A DNA stretch of 64,000 nt, from positions 1 to 64,000 of the IMG/VR virus record IMGVR_UViG_3300033407_000004. One strand, written 5' to 3'. Shown here piece after piece: positions 1 through 8,541 of this stretch. Within the stretch, counting starts at the first letter, position 1. Each line of letters begins with the position of its first letter. The position numbers and the translations under genes were made by a program. The notes under the pieces are model-generated. The model saw only the letters and a program-made list of their open reading frames with translations, was not told the DNA's origin and did no database searches. This stretch comes from a virus. Lineage: Duplodnaviria > Caudoviricetes.

Positions 1-1236
1 TTCCCCTTCGTCTCTATTCCCTTGATACCAAAAACTGTCATTTGCCGTTAAGGATATCACTGAAAGACCCGTGTAGTTTGATCCAATAAATGAATTAATA
101 AATTTGATTTTTGGTTGATAGGAACCTATCAAAAAAAACTTATCAGTATTATATGCGTTCCCGGCGAGTCTAAAGTTGTCAACTACATTCATGCTTGTAT
201 TCCCCGACCCAAACTTGATGACACAGTTGTCAGCGTTAGAAATTATGTTTATATTTTCGGCCCAATTACCTTCAAACCTTGTCGAGTCCCCTTGCTCTAT
301 GTCTGCAACAATGTTGTCTAGTGTCTCAAAATCATTGTAGTTAAACGCATTATTATACCCATGACCGCGAATCATAATCGCGGGAGCAGTCATACGATAA
401 AATTTATTGAATTGTATGAGGTTCTGATTCGCCGCAGTATCGAAATAAATCCCAGTTTCCATTTTTTGATTTGACGGGTAATACCCGAACGAATTGTTCT
501 CTATAAGGCTTAGAATAAAGTATCCTTGCAGCCCGTACTTGCTAGGGCCTTCAAAGTTGCAGTCGCGAATTGCAAAATGTCCCGCGGAATTGCCGTCGGT
601 ATTAATGGCGGCAAAGGACGAAGTCGTAGAAAATCCCAAGCCAGCGAGCGTTACGTACTCACGGCTTGCGGTAAGTTTTATAATATCCGACGTGCTACTT
701 GTGAGGCGCGAACTTTTTCCGCCGCTCCCTATATATGTAATAGAACTACGCGGATTCCATTCGTTCAATATATAGTCTCCATCATGGATATAAACTGTTG
801 ATCCAGTATTTACTGCTGCCTGAGCAGATTCAAAAGCGTCGGTATCATCTCCGTCTCCAGTCCCCCACCATTCCGGCCTTGCCTCAGTCAGGCCAGTTAC
901 ATAACCCGCTCCGCACGTCGAATCAAAGACCTGTGAGTTTCCAGCAGTCATGTTGCTGATTGACATCGTATAACTGCCACATGAAATAAGTCCGCCTTGC
1001 CATGTATAAGGCACGGTCATTGTCAGCGAAGAGGTAAGCGCCTTGTCTGCATCCCCTATCAGCACACCGCCAGTGACCGCCGCTGCCGCCGCATGAGCGG
1101 CATTGAGAGAGGCATAGCCAGAGGTGAATACTGCGGTGTTTAGGCGCTTTGTTGTTACTTGAGATACCGGGAGGGTTGCCGCATGGCCCGTGCTGGCAAG
1201 CAGGGTAAACAGAATGGCGATGATGTACTTTAACAT
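1..1236 (-). CDS. Partial (runs off left edge) tailspike-like right-handed beta-helix protein with N-terminal signal peptide
   Basis: Not in ORF track; translated by hand: AGGAG RBS, ATG at 1236, MLKYIIAILFTLLASTGHAA..., tailspike-like 'PEWWGTGDGDDTDAFESAQAAVNTGSTVYIHDGDY', open to base 1. Confidence 0.75.
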   Translation of the reverse strand, partial: MLKYIIAILFTLLASTGHAATLPVSQVTTKRLNTAVFTSGYASLNAAHAAAAAVTGGVLIGDADKALTSSLTMTVPYTWQGGLISCGSYTMSISNMTAGNSQVFDSTCGAGYVTGLTEARPEWWGTGDGDDTDAFESAQAAVNTGSTVYIHDGDYILNEWNPRSSITYIGSGGKSSRLTSSTSDIIKLTASREYVTLAGLGFSTTSSFAAINTDGNSAGHFAIRDCNFEGPSKYGLQGYFILSLIENNSFGYYPSNQKMETGIYFDTAANQNLIQFNKFYRMTAPAIMIRGHGYNNAFNYNDFETLDNIVADIEQGDSTRFEGNWAENINIISNADNCVIKFGSGNTSMNVVDNFRLAGNAYNTDKFFLIGSYQPKIKFINSFIGSNYTGLSVISLTANDSFWYQGNRDEGE

Positions 1237-1245
1237 GAGGTCTCC

Positions 1246-1842
1246 TTAACAGCTTTCAATGGTAGTCAACTTCTGAATATTCCGATACCGGCGCTCTACG
1301 TCATCGGCTCTTTTCTTTCCCCACTCGGTCTGGTTGAGCTTGAAGCCAAGGATCATAACCGGGGTGACGGGCTCTTTGATCCCCTTCAGGTACTGGTAGA
1401 GTTTCCCGCCCCGGCTGAACCTCATCTGATTCTCGTAGTCGGCGATATGAACGAACGTTTCGAGCTTCGAGAAGTCAACGTTGATCTCCTCGCAGAGCTT
1501 CAGTGACCAATAGATGCAGTCGTCAAGCTGCCGTCGGTCCCATTCATCCACAATCCCCGAGTGAGCCCGGAGCTTGGTATCCATGGCCTTCATGTCTGCG
1601 TCTTGGCGCTTGAGAGCGGCGACTTCGTCGGTGGTGAAGCTCATTTCCCGAAGAGCGGAAAGAGCGTTTGCGTTGAAATTTATGTCGTACTGGCAAATTC
1701 CGAAAGACCAGCCTGAACGCCCGTTCTTCCCGTCGGGATCGGAAAACTTGTAAGCATGGCTCTCGTTTCCTGAGCACTCGTTTTCAAGGATTATGAGCCT
1801 GAACAGCTTCTGCAGTTCTTCGCAAACATGGTTGATTTTCAC
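1246..1842 (-). CDS. Putative endolysin (lysozyme-like fold suspected)
   Basis: 198 aa; 'ILENECSG...GRSGWSFGICQYD' resembles the Glu plus beta-hairpin signature of lysozyme-like muramidases; next to holin-like genes. Confidence 0.45.
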   Translation of the reverse strand: MKINHVCEELQKLFRLIILENECSGNESHAYKFSDPDGKNGRSGWSFGICQYDINFNANALSALREMSFTTDEVAALKRQDADMKAMDTKLRAHSGIVDEWDRRQLDDCIYWSLKLCEEINVDFSKLETFVHIADYENQMRFSRGGKLYQYLKGIKEPVTPVMILGFKLNQTEWGKKRADDVERRYRNIQKLTTIESC

Positions 1843-2141
1843 GGTTCAAACTCCTTTCGTCTATGCTGTATCGACTCAATTACCATGGCGAGCATTCCTT
1901 TTATCTCCGCAAATTTCGCGTCTCTCAGCTCCCCGCACGTATCGCACTTGTCCCGGTAAACCACAAGCTCCGAATGCTTCTCATGAGCGGATTCTATGCG
2001 CTTGACGGATGCGTCTATGTTTTTGATGAAATCAGCGATTTTTTGATCTTGCACAGAGACCCTTTCTCTAAGCCCAAAGAATGCAGCGAGTCCCCCTAAG
2101 AGCGCCCCAATTAAACCCGTCCCCGCCGATTCTAAGTCCAT
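1839..2141 (-). CDS. Putative holin / membrane protein
   Basis: N-terminal TM (GLIGALLGGLAAFFGL) followed by coiled coil; overlaps the putative endolysin start by 4 bp. Confidence 0.45.
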   Translation of the reverse strand: MDLESAGTGLIGALLGGLAAFFGLRERVSVQDQKIADFIKNIDASVKRIESAHEKHSELVVYRDKCDTCGELRDAKFAEIKGMLAMVIESIQHRRKEFEP

Positions 2142-2654
2142 TCACCATACCCCCTCATAGATGATTTCCATGTCTTTATAGTGTTCGATGATTTCCGCGA
2201 TATCGTCAGGGTTCTGCCCGGAAATACATGATACTGCCGGATACCCTGCCCCTCGCATGAACTCGGCTACCAGTTCGCTGCAAACTGTATCCTTCGTGCT
2301 CCGGGCGTACTTCGCGGCAAAGGGAATGATGAAAAGTGGAAGCCGCCAGAAGGGATAGATGCGCCCGATGTTGTCGGATACGGCATCCATGCCTTTCCAG
2401 AAGGCATCATTTGTCATCCCCGACCAGCGCCCGATCAACACCCTGTCGCCCTTGTAGTCGTCGATATGTCCGGCCTTGATCCTCCAAAGCGACTCAAGGG
2501 TAATGCCTTCTGTTTCGGTGATGATCCCGGCGTGAGAGTAATCAGCGTCATTGTCCTTCGACCAGAGCTTTTCAACCGCCATGATTGCACGGCCAAGAGC
2601 CATGGGATTTGTGCTAGTGAATATATCGCCTCGTTTTAGCTTGACTTTTTCCAT
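2142..2654 (-). CDS. Permuted papain-like (YiiX/YaeF, permuted NlpC/P60) amidase
   Basis: GDI near N-terminus, 'YSHAGII' His precedes 'CSELVAE' Cys. Confidence 0.75.
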   Translation of the reverse strand: MEKVKLKRGDIFTSTNPMALGRAIMAVEKLWSKDNDADYSHAGIITETEGITLESLWRIKAGHIDDYKGDRVLIGRWSGMTNDAFWKGMDAVSDNIGRIYPFWRLPLFIIPFAAKYARSTKDTVCSELVAEFMRGAGYPAVSCISGQNPDDIAEIIEHYKDMEIIYEGVW

Positions 2655-2662
2655 TTGTCCCC

Positions 2663-2860
2663 CTATATCGGCCCCTTAGCCTCTCTGCGTCCGTGAATAC
2701 CATGCACGGCCCCGCCTGAAATAAGTGAGGCTTCAAGGTACTGGATCGCCCCTTTGTACTCTGGATAGGCTTCTTCAAAAAACCGGAGAAGCGCACCGGC
2801 TACGGTGATGAGTATCCCCTGAATGGTCTTTGAAGCAAGCAGCATTCCGATATAAGACAT
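2663..2860 (-). CDS. Small membrane protein (holin-like)
   Basis: MSYIGMLLASKTIQGILITVAG..., hydrophobic helices, in lysis cluster; start reassigned to ATG 2860. Confidence 0.45.
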   Translation of the reverse strand: MSYIGMLLASKTIQGILITVAGALLRFFEEAYPEYKGAIQYLEASLISGGAVHGIHGRREAKGPI

Positions 2861-2874
2861 GTCGATCCCCTTTC

Positions 2875-3123
2875 TCACCTGCATTTAATCTCGCACATTA
2901 TCTTCTGTATCTCAAGCAACGAGTCTTCAGAGGCAATAATGCTGTCCTTTTCTTCATCGGTTAAGCCTTGCGCATTCCTTACTCTGTCATGCTCCTCAAG
3001 GTGGAAGTCCACCGCTTGCACCATGCAATCGCTCATGCAGCGAGCAGAACAGCCGGAGAGCAGGAGTATCGCCGCCAAAAAGAGTGCGTACACGCTGTAC
3101 GCCTTCAGGTCTTGCTTGTCCAT
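2875..3123 (-). CDS. Lipoprotein (possible spanin component)
   Basis: Lipobox LLLSG-C; GAGGGG RBS before ATG 3123; in lysis cluster. Confidence 0.5.
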   Translation of the reverse strand: MDKQDLKAYSVYALFLAAILLLSGCSARCMSDCMVQAVDFHLEEHDRVRNAQGLTDEEKDSIIASEDSLLEIQKIMCEIKCR

Positions 3124-3212
3124 AACCCCCTCAATTAACCGAGACGCTTCCTCCAACAATCTCCAAGCTCCCGCCTACCATCGAAAACCCACCATCAGCG
3201 GTCGGAACAGCC

Positions 3213-5753
3213 CTACCGTATATTGCTCACTGACGACGGATACCACTGAACTGACTGCGTGCTTACGTTCCCCGCAGAGTCCTTAACCGCAAACCAGAGA
3301 GTCTTGCGTCCGTAGGGGTTGCTTGTCGAGGCGCAATACTGCGCCGGTGATGTACCCCATCCCGCGTCACCTGCTACCGGAGCTTCGTCCTGGTCGATTA
3401 CCATATAGGTCATTGAGGTTGAATCGGTCGCTGTCAACGTGATAGGTGTACACCTGCCAAAACTCGCGGCGGTGTGAGATGCTACGGTGATAACCGGGGC
3501 AGAGCCGCCTGTTTCCTCAGCAAGAGTTGGGTAACAATAGGCTACTCTTGCCCCTATCTCACGCCCATTAAGTTCCACGGTGTTTGTTCCTGCCGACAAA
3601 ATAAAGATACCTGGATTTTCTTCAGGGTATTCTATTGACCCAAGACCGCGAATGGAAATATCAGCCTCACGCCATTCGTTATATCCAATGCCAAACCTAT
3701 TAAAATCCCATATTTCATCATCAGCCCCATTAACTGATACCAGCATGGAATCGTCACCAGTAGACGTGGCGTAAACACCGCAAGAGATTTTATACCCACC
3801 AGTCTCGGCAATCTCAAATGAAATAGTTGCCGAGCCCGAATTTGTGGCTGTGGTGGCAACATAGTAGTCACCGGGGGCTACCCCAGGATCATTTGTCAGG
3901 GCCATTGGATCAGCAAGTGTAAATTCATCTGCCGTGACAACTCCTGCAGGAGGGGGCGTATAGTTATTGTCAACTGTCACCGTTATCGTAGTCGAGGTGG
4001 CAAGGTTCCCTGAAGTGTCTCTTGCTACGGCTGCCAGCGTATAGGTCCCATCGGAAACAAGCAGCGTGTTCCATACTATTGAATATGGGGATACAATGTC
4101 CTCCGCCCCTTGATTTACGCCGTTTACTTTCAATTGCACACCCAACATCCCACCGGTATCTGTGGCTGACGAGGAGATCGTCACGTCGCCTGTGACTGTG
4201 GCCCCAGTGGCTGGTGAGGATATCGACACATCAGGGGGAGTCGTATCTGATGATTCTGTTTGCAATTCATATGCACCCATATCCCAGAGTGCCCGTGTGT
4301 AGCCATCCTTATCCGTAGTGAATACGGAAGAGAGATCAATGCCGCCATCCTTTGCAGGTGAAGGAGTTGAGGCGGTTAAATCAAATCCTGCTGTACTTGT
4401 GGTACTTGAAAACAAAGGGTCGCCATATCCGCCGTGAACTTCTTTTCCATTCCCCTGCACAGTTGAAAAGCTACGGCTTGTTTCCCAAATTCTGGTAGAC
4501 CACCTATAATAGTTATAATCTAATGGAGTCGCTGTATAAATATAATCAGCACCTTTGATATGCCCCCAATCTGTCCATCCTCCAGAACCGCAAGGAGAAG
4601 CGTTCGACGGCCATAATATATTATTTTTGATATAAATATTGCTATAGCCGCCCCCGCCACTTTGATTAAAGAAAATACTTTTATAGTAACCATAAAACGT
4701 ATTATTATACACGTAAAGGTTTGAAATAGTAGTACCATACGTCATCAATGACAACATTCCCGACGCGCCACAATTAGTTGACCCGCTGTCTTTAATGGGC
4801 GAGTAAAACAGGTTGTTGTATATCGTATTGTTGGTCGGTGATCTTACTGCTGGATTTTCAGTGTGAATGAATAGCAATTGGTTATTGCCATGATACGTTC
4901 CCTCAAATGTATTATTATAAATTTTGTTTTCATTCCCACTAATATGCAAGGCATCCGATGATCCCCATGCAGTGCTCCAGCCTGTGTAGAAATGATTATC
5001 ATATATATCAAAGTTGCTAAGAACTCCCGTCACAATATCTGTAGCTGCGTGGTTCTCGCTCCAACCGGGATCATGCAAATAACTATCATGAATAGAAGAT
5101 CGTCCATAGGTTGTACCCCCACTATAATTGTTAATAACGATATTCCCATCAGAGTCGTGCCCAGTATTGTAACCATTTTTATATATTTCGCAGCTTGCAA
5201 TCTCCACTCCGTCTGTATTTGCTAACAGAATGCCAGTGTAATACATATCATGAATCGTTACGTTTTGAATAATAATTTTCGCGTTGCTTCCCGTGGTAGT
5301 TCCATATATACCACGATTTGGCCTTCTCGAACCGTTGCCATAGATTGTGAAATTCTCCCGGCTGACGCCATCTATAGTAATAAAATTTCTGCCCGTAACT
5401 GTGAATGTATTTGTCCCACTCGCGGAGTTAATCGTTACGGCCCCATCGTAGCCGCCTGCCCATCCTGTTTCTGACCCGTGCTCTGATGTAGTCGCTCTTT
5501 TTATTGTGATTTGGCTTCCATTCGTCCCCGAGGAAGTGAACGTATAAGTGCCAGTATAGTCTCCTGCTGCTATATAGACAGTATCCCCTGCGCCTATCCC
5601 TGTAATATTGTTTATGTCATCCCAGGAATTCGACCAGCTTGTTCCATTGCCAGCACCGCCCCCCTTGCGAACATGATAGTTGGTTGCATTCGCATCGGTA
5701 GCAGCAATGATGATGAAAATAGCGGCTATTATGGCCAATAATGACTTTCTCAT
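3213..5753 (-). CDS. Signal-peptide-bearing beta-helix (pectin-lyase-like) protein with Ig-like domain and C-terminal beta-sandwich
   Basis: MRKSLLAIIAAIFIIIAATDANA; 'YVRKGGGAGNGTSWSNSW' start, Asn-rich parallel beta-helix repeats, 'WDMGAYE', Ig-like 'DTTPPDVSISSP...AVARDTSGNLATS'. Confidence 0.75.
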   Translation of the reverse strand: MRKSLLAIIAAIFIIIAATDANATNYHVRKGGGAGNGTSWSNSWDDINNITGIGAGDTVYIAAGDYTGTYTFTSSGTNGSQITIKRATTSEHGSETGWAGGYDGAVTINSASGTNTFTVTGRNFITIDGVSRENFTIYGNGSRRPNRGIYGTTTGSNAKIIIQNVTIHDMYYTGILLANTDGVEIASCEIYKNGYNTGHDSDGNIVINNYSGGTTYGRSSIHDSYLHDPGWSENHAATDIVTGVLSNFDIYDNHFYTGWSTAWGSSDALHISGNENKIYNNTFEGTYHGNNQLLFIHTENPAVRSPTNNTIYNNLFYSPIKDSGSTNCGASGMLSLMTYGTTISNLYVYNNTFYGYYKSIFFNQSGGGGYSNIYIKNNILWPSNASPCGSGGWTDWGHIKGADYIYTATPLDYNYYRWSTRIWETSRSFSTVQGNGKEVHGGYGDPLFSSTTSTAGFDLTASTPSPAKDGGIDLSSVFTTDKDGYTRALWDMGAYELQTESSDTTPPDVSISSPATGATVTGDVTISSSATDTGGMLGVQLKVNGVNQGAEDIVSPYSIVWNTLLVSDGTYTLAAVARDTSGNLATSTTITVTVDNNYTPPPAGVVTADEFTLADPMALTNDPGVAPGDYYVATTATNSGSATISFEIAETGGYKISCGVYATSTGDDSMLVSVNGADDEIWDFNRFGIGYNEWREADISIRGLGSIEYPEENPGIFILSAGTNTVELNGREIGARVAYCYPTLAEETGGSAPVITVASHTAASFGRCTPITLTATDSTSMTYMVIDQDEAPVAGDAGWGTSPAQYCASTSNPYGRKTLWFAVKDSAGNVSTQSVQWYPSSVSNIR

Positions 5754-5771
5754 TTATCTTTATCCTCCAAT

Positions 5772-6323
5772 TTAAGGTACAATATATACATATGCTGAGT
5801 GTTTCCGGCTTCGCAATGTCCAGGACGACCCCATGTCGGCTGGTTCATCATAATATGACGTGCCTGTATATGCTCCGCCTGAAATTGCGTCATACTTGGC
5901 GGACCAGCCCGTTCCGCTATCGTATCCTACGGCTATCCAGTAAGAGCTGCCTTGCGAAATTGTTCCAGATCCGAATGTGTTAGATTTCCAGCCAGTTGAA
6001 GCACCACTGGCAATGACAACACTACATGCCACAAGGGTGTCCGATGCTTCCCTAACACCATCTCCATCGTCAAGATATACGCAGAGCTTTCCGTTGTCGT
6101 TTTCCGAGTTATTATGGTACAAATATGCCGTTGTTAGGTTGCCAGAACAGCCTGCTGTAAAAAGAAACGACTCAGACACGCCGAGTGCCGTTCCACTTCC
6201 GCCTATCGTCTCATACCCCATATTGCAGGTAGCCGCCGCTTTCTTCTTCCCAATCAGCATTTCCTGCCCGATTGCATGGCTGCTCATTACCAGCAACAGG
6301 AGTATCGATATGATCGTCCTCAT
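5772..6323 (-). CDS. Hypothetical signal-peptide protein (beta-sandwich-like)
   Basis: MRTIISILLLLVMSSHAIG; tightly packed in operon. Confidence 0.6.
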   Translation of the reverse strand: MRTIISILLLLVMSSHAIGQEMLIGKKKAAATCNMGYETIGGSGTALGVSESFLFTAGCSGNLTTAYLYHNNSENDNGKLCVYLDDGDGVREASDTLVACSVVIASGASTGWKSNTFGSGTISQGSSYWIAVGYDSGTGWSAKYDAISGGAYTGTSYYDEPADMGSSWTLRSRKHSAYVYIVP

Positions 6324-7289
6324 TTACTGCGCCTCCGTGCCGCGGATATAAACGCTCACATTGCTTACAGTCCCGGTAACGGTCCCGAAACTTATGATGC
6401 TCCAGGTATTCGCTGCAAGTGAGGTATCGGATATCGTACCGGTTGTGTTAGTATTCCCGCAAACAATAGCCGCACTCAGTACAGAGGAGCAGGAGTCTCC
6501 ATCGCCGTTGCACTCCTGGAAATCAACGGATACACTCTCCGACGAGCCCTCGGGGTCAACGATACAGCCGATACTTGAGAGTGTGACAACCTTATCGGTC
6601 CTGAACCTCAGCACGTCGCCTGAAACCGGAGAATCGCGATGTGCATTAGTTTTCCACGGGAAGAGCACCTTCGCGACACGATTCTCAAACTCATCGCGTA
6701 CTGAGTTTTGATCCGGTACATAGGTACTTCCATTCCATGTCGTGGATGAATACGTCGCGGTTGAGACCGGCTTGAACGTGTCGGTCCCGGATGTGTAGCT
6801 GAGCAACAGAGAATGCGCCGATGGATCATAGGCGAAGTCACCCTCTGTTGTCGTCACCGCTGTCTTTATTGGTGGAATGAGATTGTCGAGAGCGTATGTT
6901 TTGTCCCACCTGGTGGCACAAATGGTTGTGTTTGTTACCGGTTCGTGCATCCATGTGCAACCGATTGGAGTTGTGGTATCTGTGATTTTCGTTGCCAACC
7001 CGGTATCGGTATACTCCGTGGTAGCCAACTTGACAGAGTTGTCCCCCTGAAACTGCGTGTAAGCAGTCGTACCATCGGCAAACTCAGTGGTGCCGGTGGT
7101 GGATGAGAGGGGGTATCCACTACCGACCCGTGCGGCTGGAAGAGTGCTTGTAGTTCCCGAGTCAATGTTTATAGTCGGCGTCTCTGCTACCGGTTGAGCG
7201 GGTGAAAGGAGAATCTGTCCCGCTCCGGCGAAGGCGTATGATGCAACCGCAATAAGTGAAATGATTATGGCTGGAATTAGTTTTTTCAC
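6324..7289 (-). CDS. Signal-peptide protein, tail-fiber/decoration-like
   Basis: MKKLIPAIIISLIAVASYAFA; Thr-rich; Cys pairs in C-terminal domain. Confidence 0.6.
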   Translation of the reverse strand: MKKLIPAIIISLIAVASYAFAGAGQILLSPAQPVAETPTINIDSGTTSTLPAARVGSGYPLSSTTGTTEFADGTTAYTQFQGDNSVKLATTEYTDTGLATKITDTTTPIGCTWMHEPVTNTTICATRWDKTYALDNLIPPIKTAVTTTEGDFAYDPSAHSLLLSYTSGTDTFKPVSTATYSSTTWNGSTYVPDQNSVRDEFENRVAKVLFPWKTNAHRDSPVSGDVLRFRTDKVVTLSSIGCIVDPEGSSESVSVDFQECNGDGDSCSSVLSAAIVCGNTNTTGTISDTSLAANTWSIISFGTVTGTVSNVSVYIRGTEAQ

Positions 7290-7299
7290 AGAACCCCCT

Positions 7300-8034
7300 T
7301 TATTGCCATGTGCCGTAAATTTTCAGATTATCAACATATAGTTCACTACTCACACCCGCTGCTTCTCCTATTCGCAAGGTCGTTAATGTCCCGGCCCAAG
7401 CTCCGAAGGCCGTTCCAGACGACGCGCAATTCGTTGTACCATTCGTTGTGTCCGCGCAGATTTCTATGTAGTAACCACCATGAGCGACTGCATCCCATTT
7501 TGCAATGACATGATACCAGGTATCAGGGGTAATCGTTTGTGTTGATGTTACCTGCGAAAGCACATCTGAAACAACCTTCATTCTGAACAATGAGGATTCA
7601 TCAATATCCATAATTACATGGTTAGTGGGGTCGTAATATGCGTGCACAATTGATGTGTAATTGTTTGACGTAACTGGGCGAACCCATACGTCTATCGTAC
7701 CTGACGAATGTTTGATAAGGTCTTCTCCTGAAATCGTAAACGCGGCATGGTCCCCTGATGTAGGAGCGTATAGGCTATAATCGCCGTCTTGAGACTGTGT
7801 CGTGGTAAGCGATGCACTACTTACAAGAGTTGCTGTAATGTCGCCATCAGAACAACCGTAGGGCACCCCGGAGCCTACGGTTAAATCCTCCATATGCCAC
7901 TCAAACAGCAAGTTTGGGACTGAAGCGCATTGGTTTAAATTGACAGCCCCACTACCACCACTCATTGAGATGGCCCCCCAGCCGATGCAAAAAGGAAGGA
8001 TTGACAACAGTGATAGGATTATCAGCTTTTTCAT
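7300..8034 (-). CDS. Signal-peptide LamG/concanavalin A-like lectin domain protein
   Basis: MKKLIILSLLSILPFCIG; 'GTIDVWVRP', 'TWYHVIAKWD', 'YVDNLKIY' are LamG-type strands. Confidence 0.7.
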   Translation of the reverse strand: MKKLIILSLLSILPFCIGWGAISMSGGSGAVNLNQCASVPNLLFEWHMEDLTVGSGVPYGCSDGDITATLVSSASLTTTQSQDGDYSLYAPTSGDHAAFTISGEDLIKHSSGTIDVWVRPVTSNNYTSIVHAYYDPTNHVIMDIDESSLFRMKVVSDVLSQVTSTQTITPDTWYHVIAKWDAVAHGGYYIEICADTTNGTTNCASSGTAFGAWAGTLTTLRIGEAAGVSSELYVDNLKIYGTWQ

Positions 8035-8037
8035 ATC

Positions 8038-8529
8038 TTATGTCCCCTGCGCCCATGTGCCGGAAACTCCGCGTCGAGTCCAACCAGCGGCCCCAGGCTC
8101 CGCTTCAAAACATATTTCATCACCCTCTGTACCCGATGAATAGATGTCCACGCCATTGCTGAACGCGGTCGCACCACTTTTCAGCCGATCATTCGCGTGA
8201 GGGTCAACCCTGCATACTCCGGCCACCGCACATTTCACACAGAAGGAAGCTCCGGGGATTACCTGTGTGGTGGTAGGAGATGAAGTCACAACCTCAGACA
8301 GTGTAAGAGTTGACGCTGAGGTGATCCAGTAGGTTCCGCCCTTGAGACCCGAGATGCTTGTTGAGTCACAGTTGGTTCCAATGGTGCAGGAGCTTGAGAC
8401 CGAGACTTGCTTGAGATAGCCGGTCAGATGAGACGTTGTGGTGAGGGTGTCGTTATAACCGGCGCCGGTGAGGATCAGCGCAGTAAGCAGCACTCCTGCG
8501 ATTGCAATGATCGATATTTTTTTATTCAT
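8038..8529 (-). CDS. Signal-peptide hypothetical virion-appendage-like protein
   Basis: MNKKISIIAIAGVLLTALILTGA; several Cys. Confidence 0.55.
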   Translation of the reverse strand: MNKKISIIAIAGVLLTALILTGAGYNDTLTTTSHLTGYLKQVSVSSSCTIGTNCDSTSISGLKGGTYWITSASTLTLSEVVTSSPTTTQVIPGASFCVKCAVAGVCRVDPHANDRLKSGATAFSNGVDIYSSGTEGDEICFEAEPGAAGWTRRGVSGTWAQGT

Positions 8530-8541
8530 TGTTTTCTCCTT

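Noticed and set aside
115-801. + strand ORFs 115-321, 494-775, 526-801
   Set aside because: Shadows of the edge-truncated - strand tailspike-like gene
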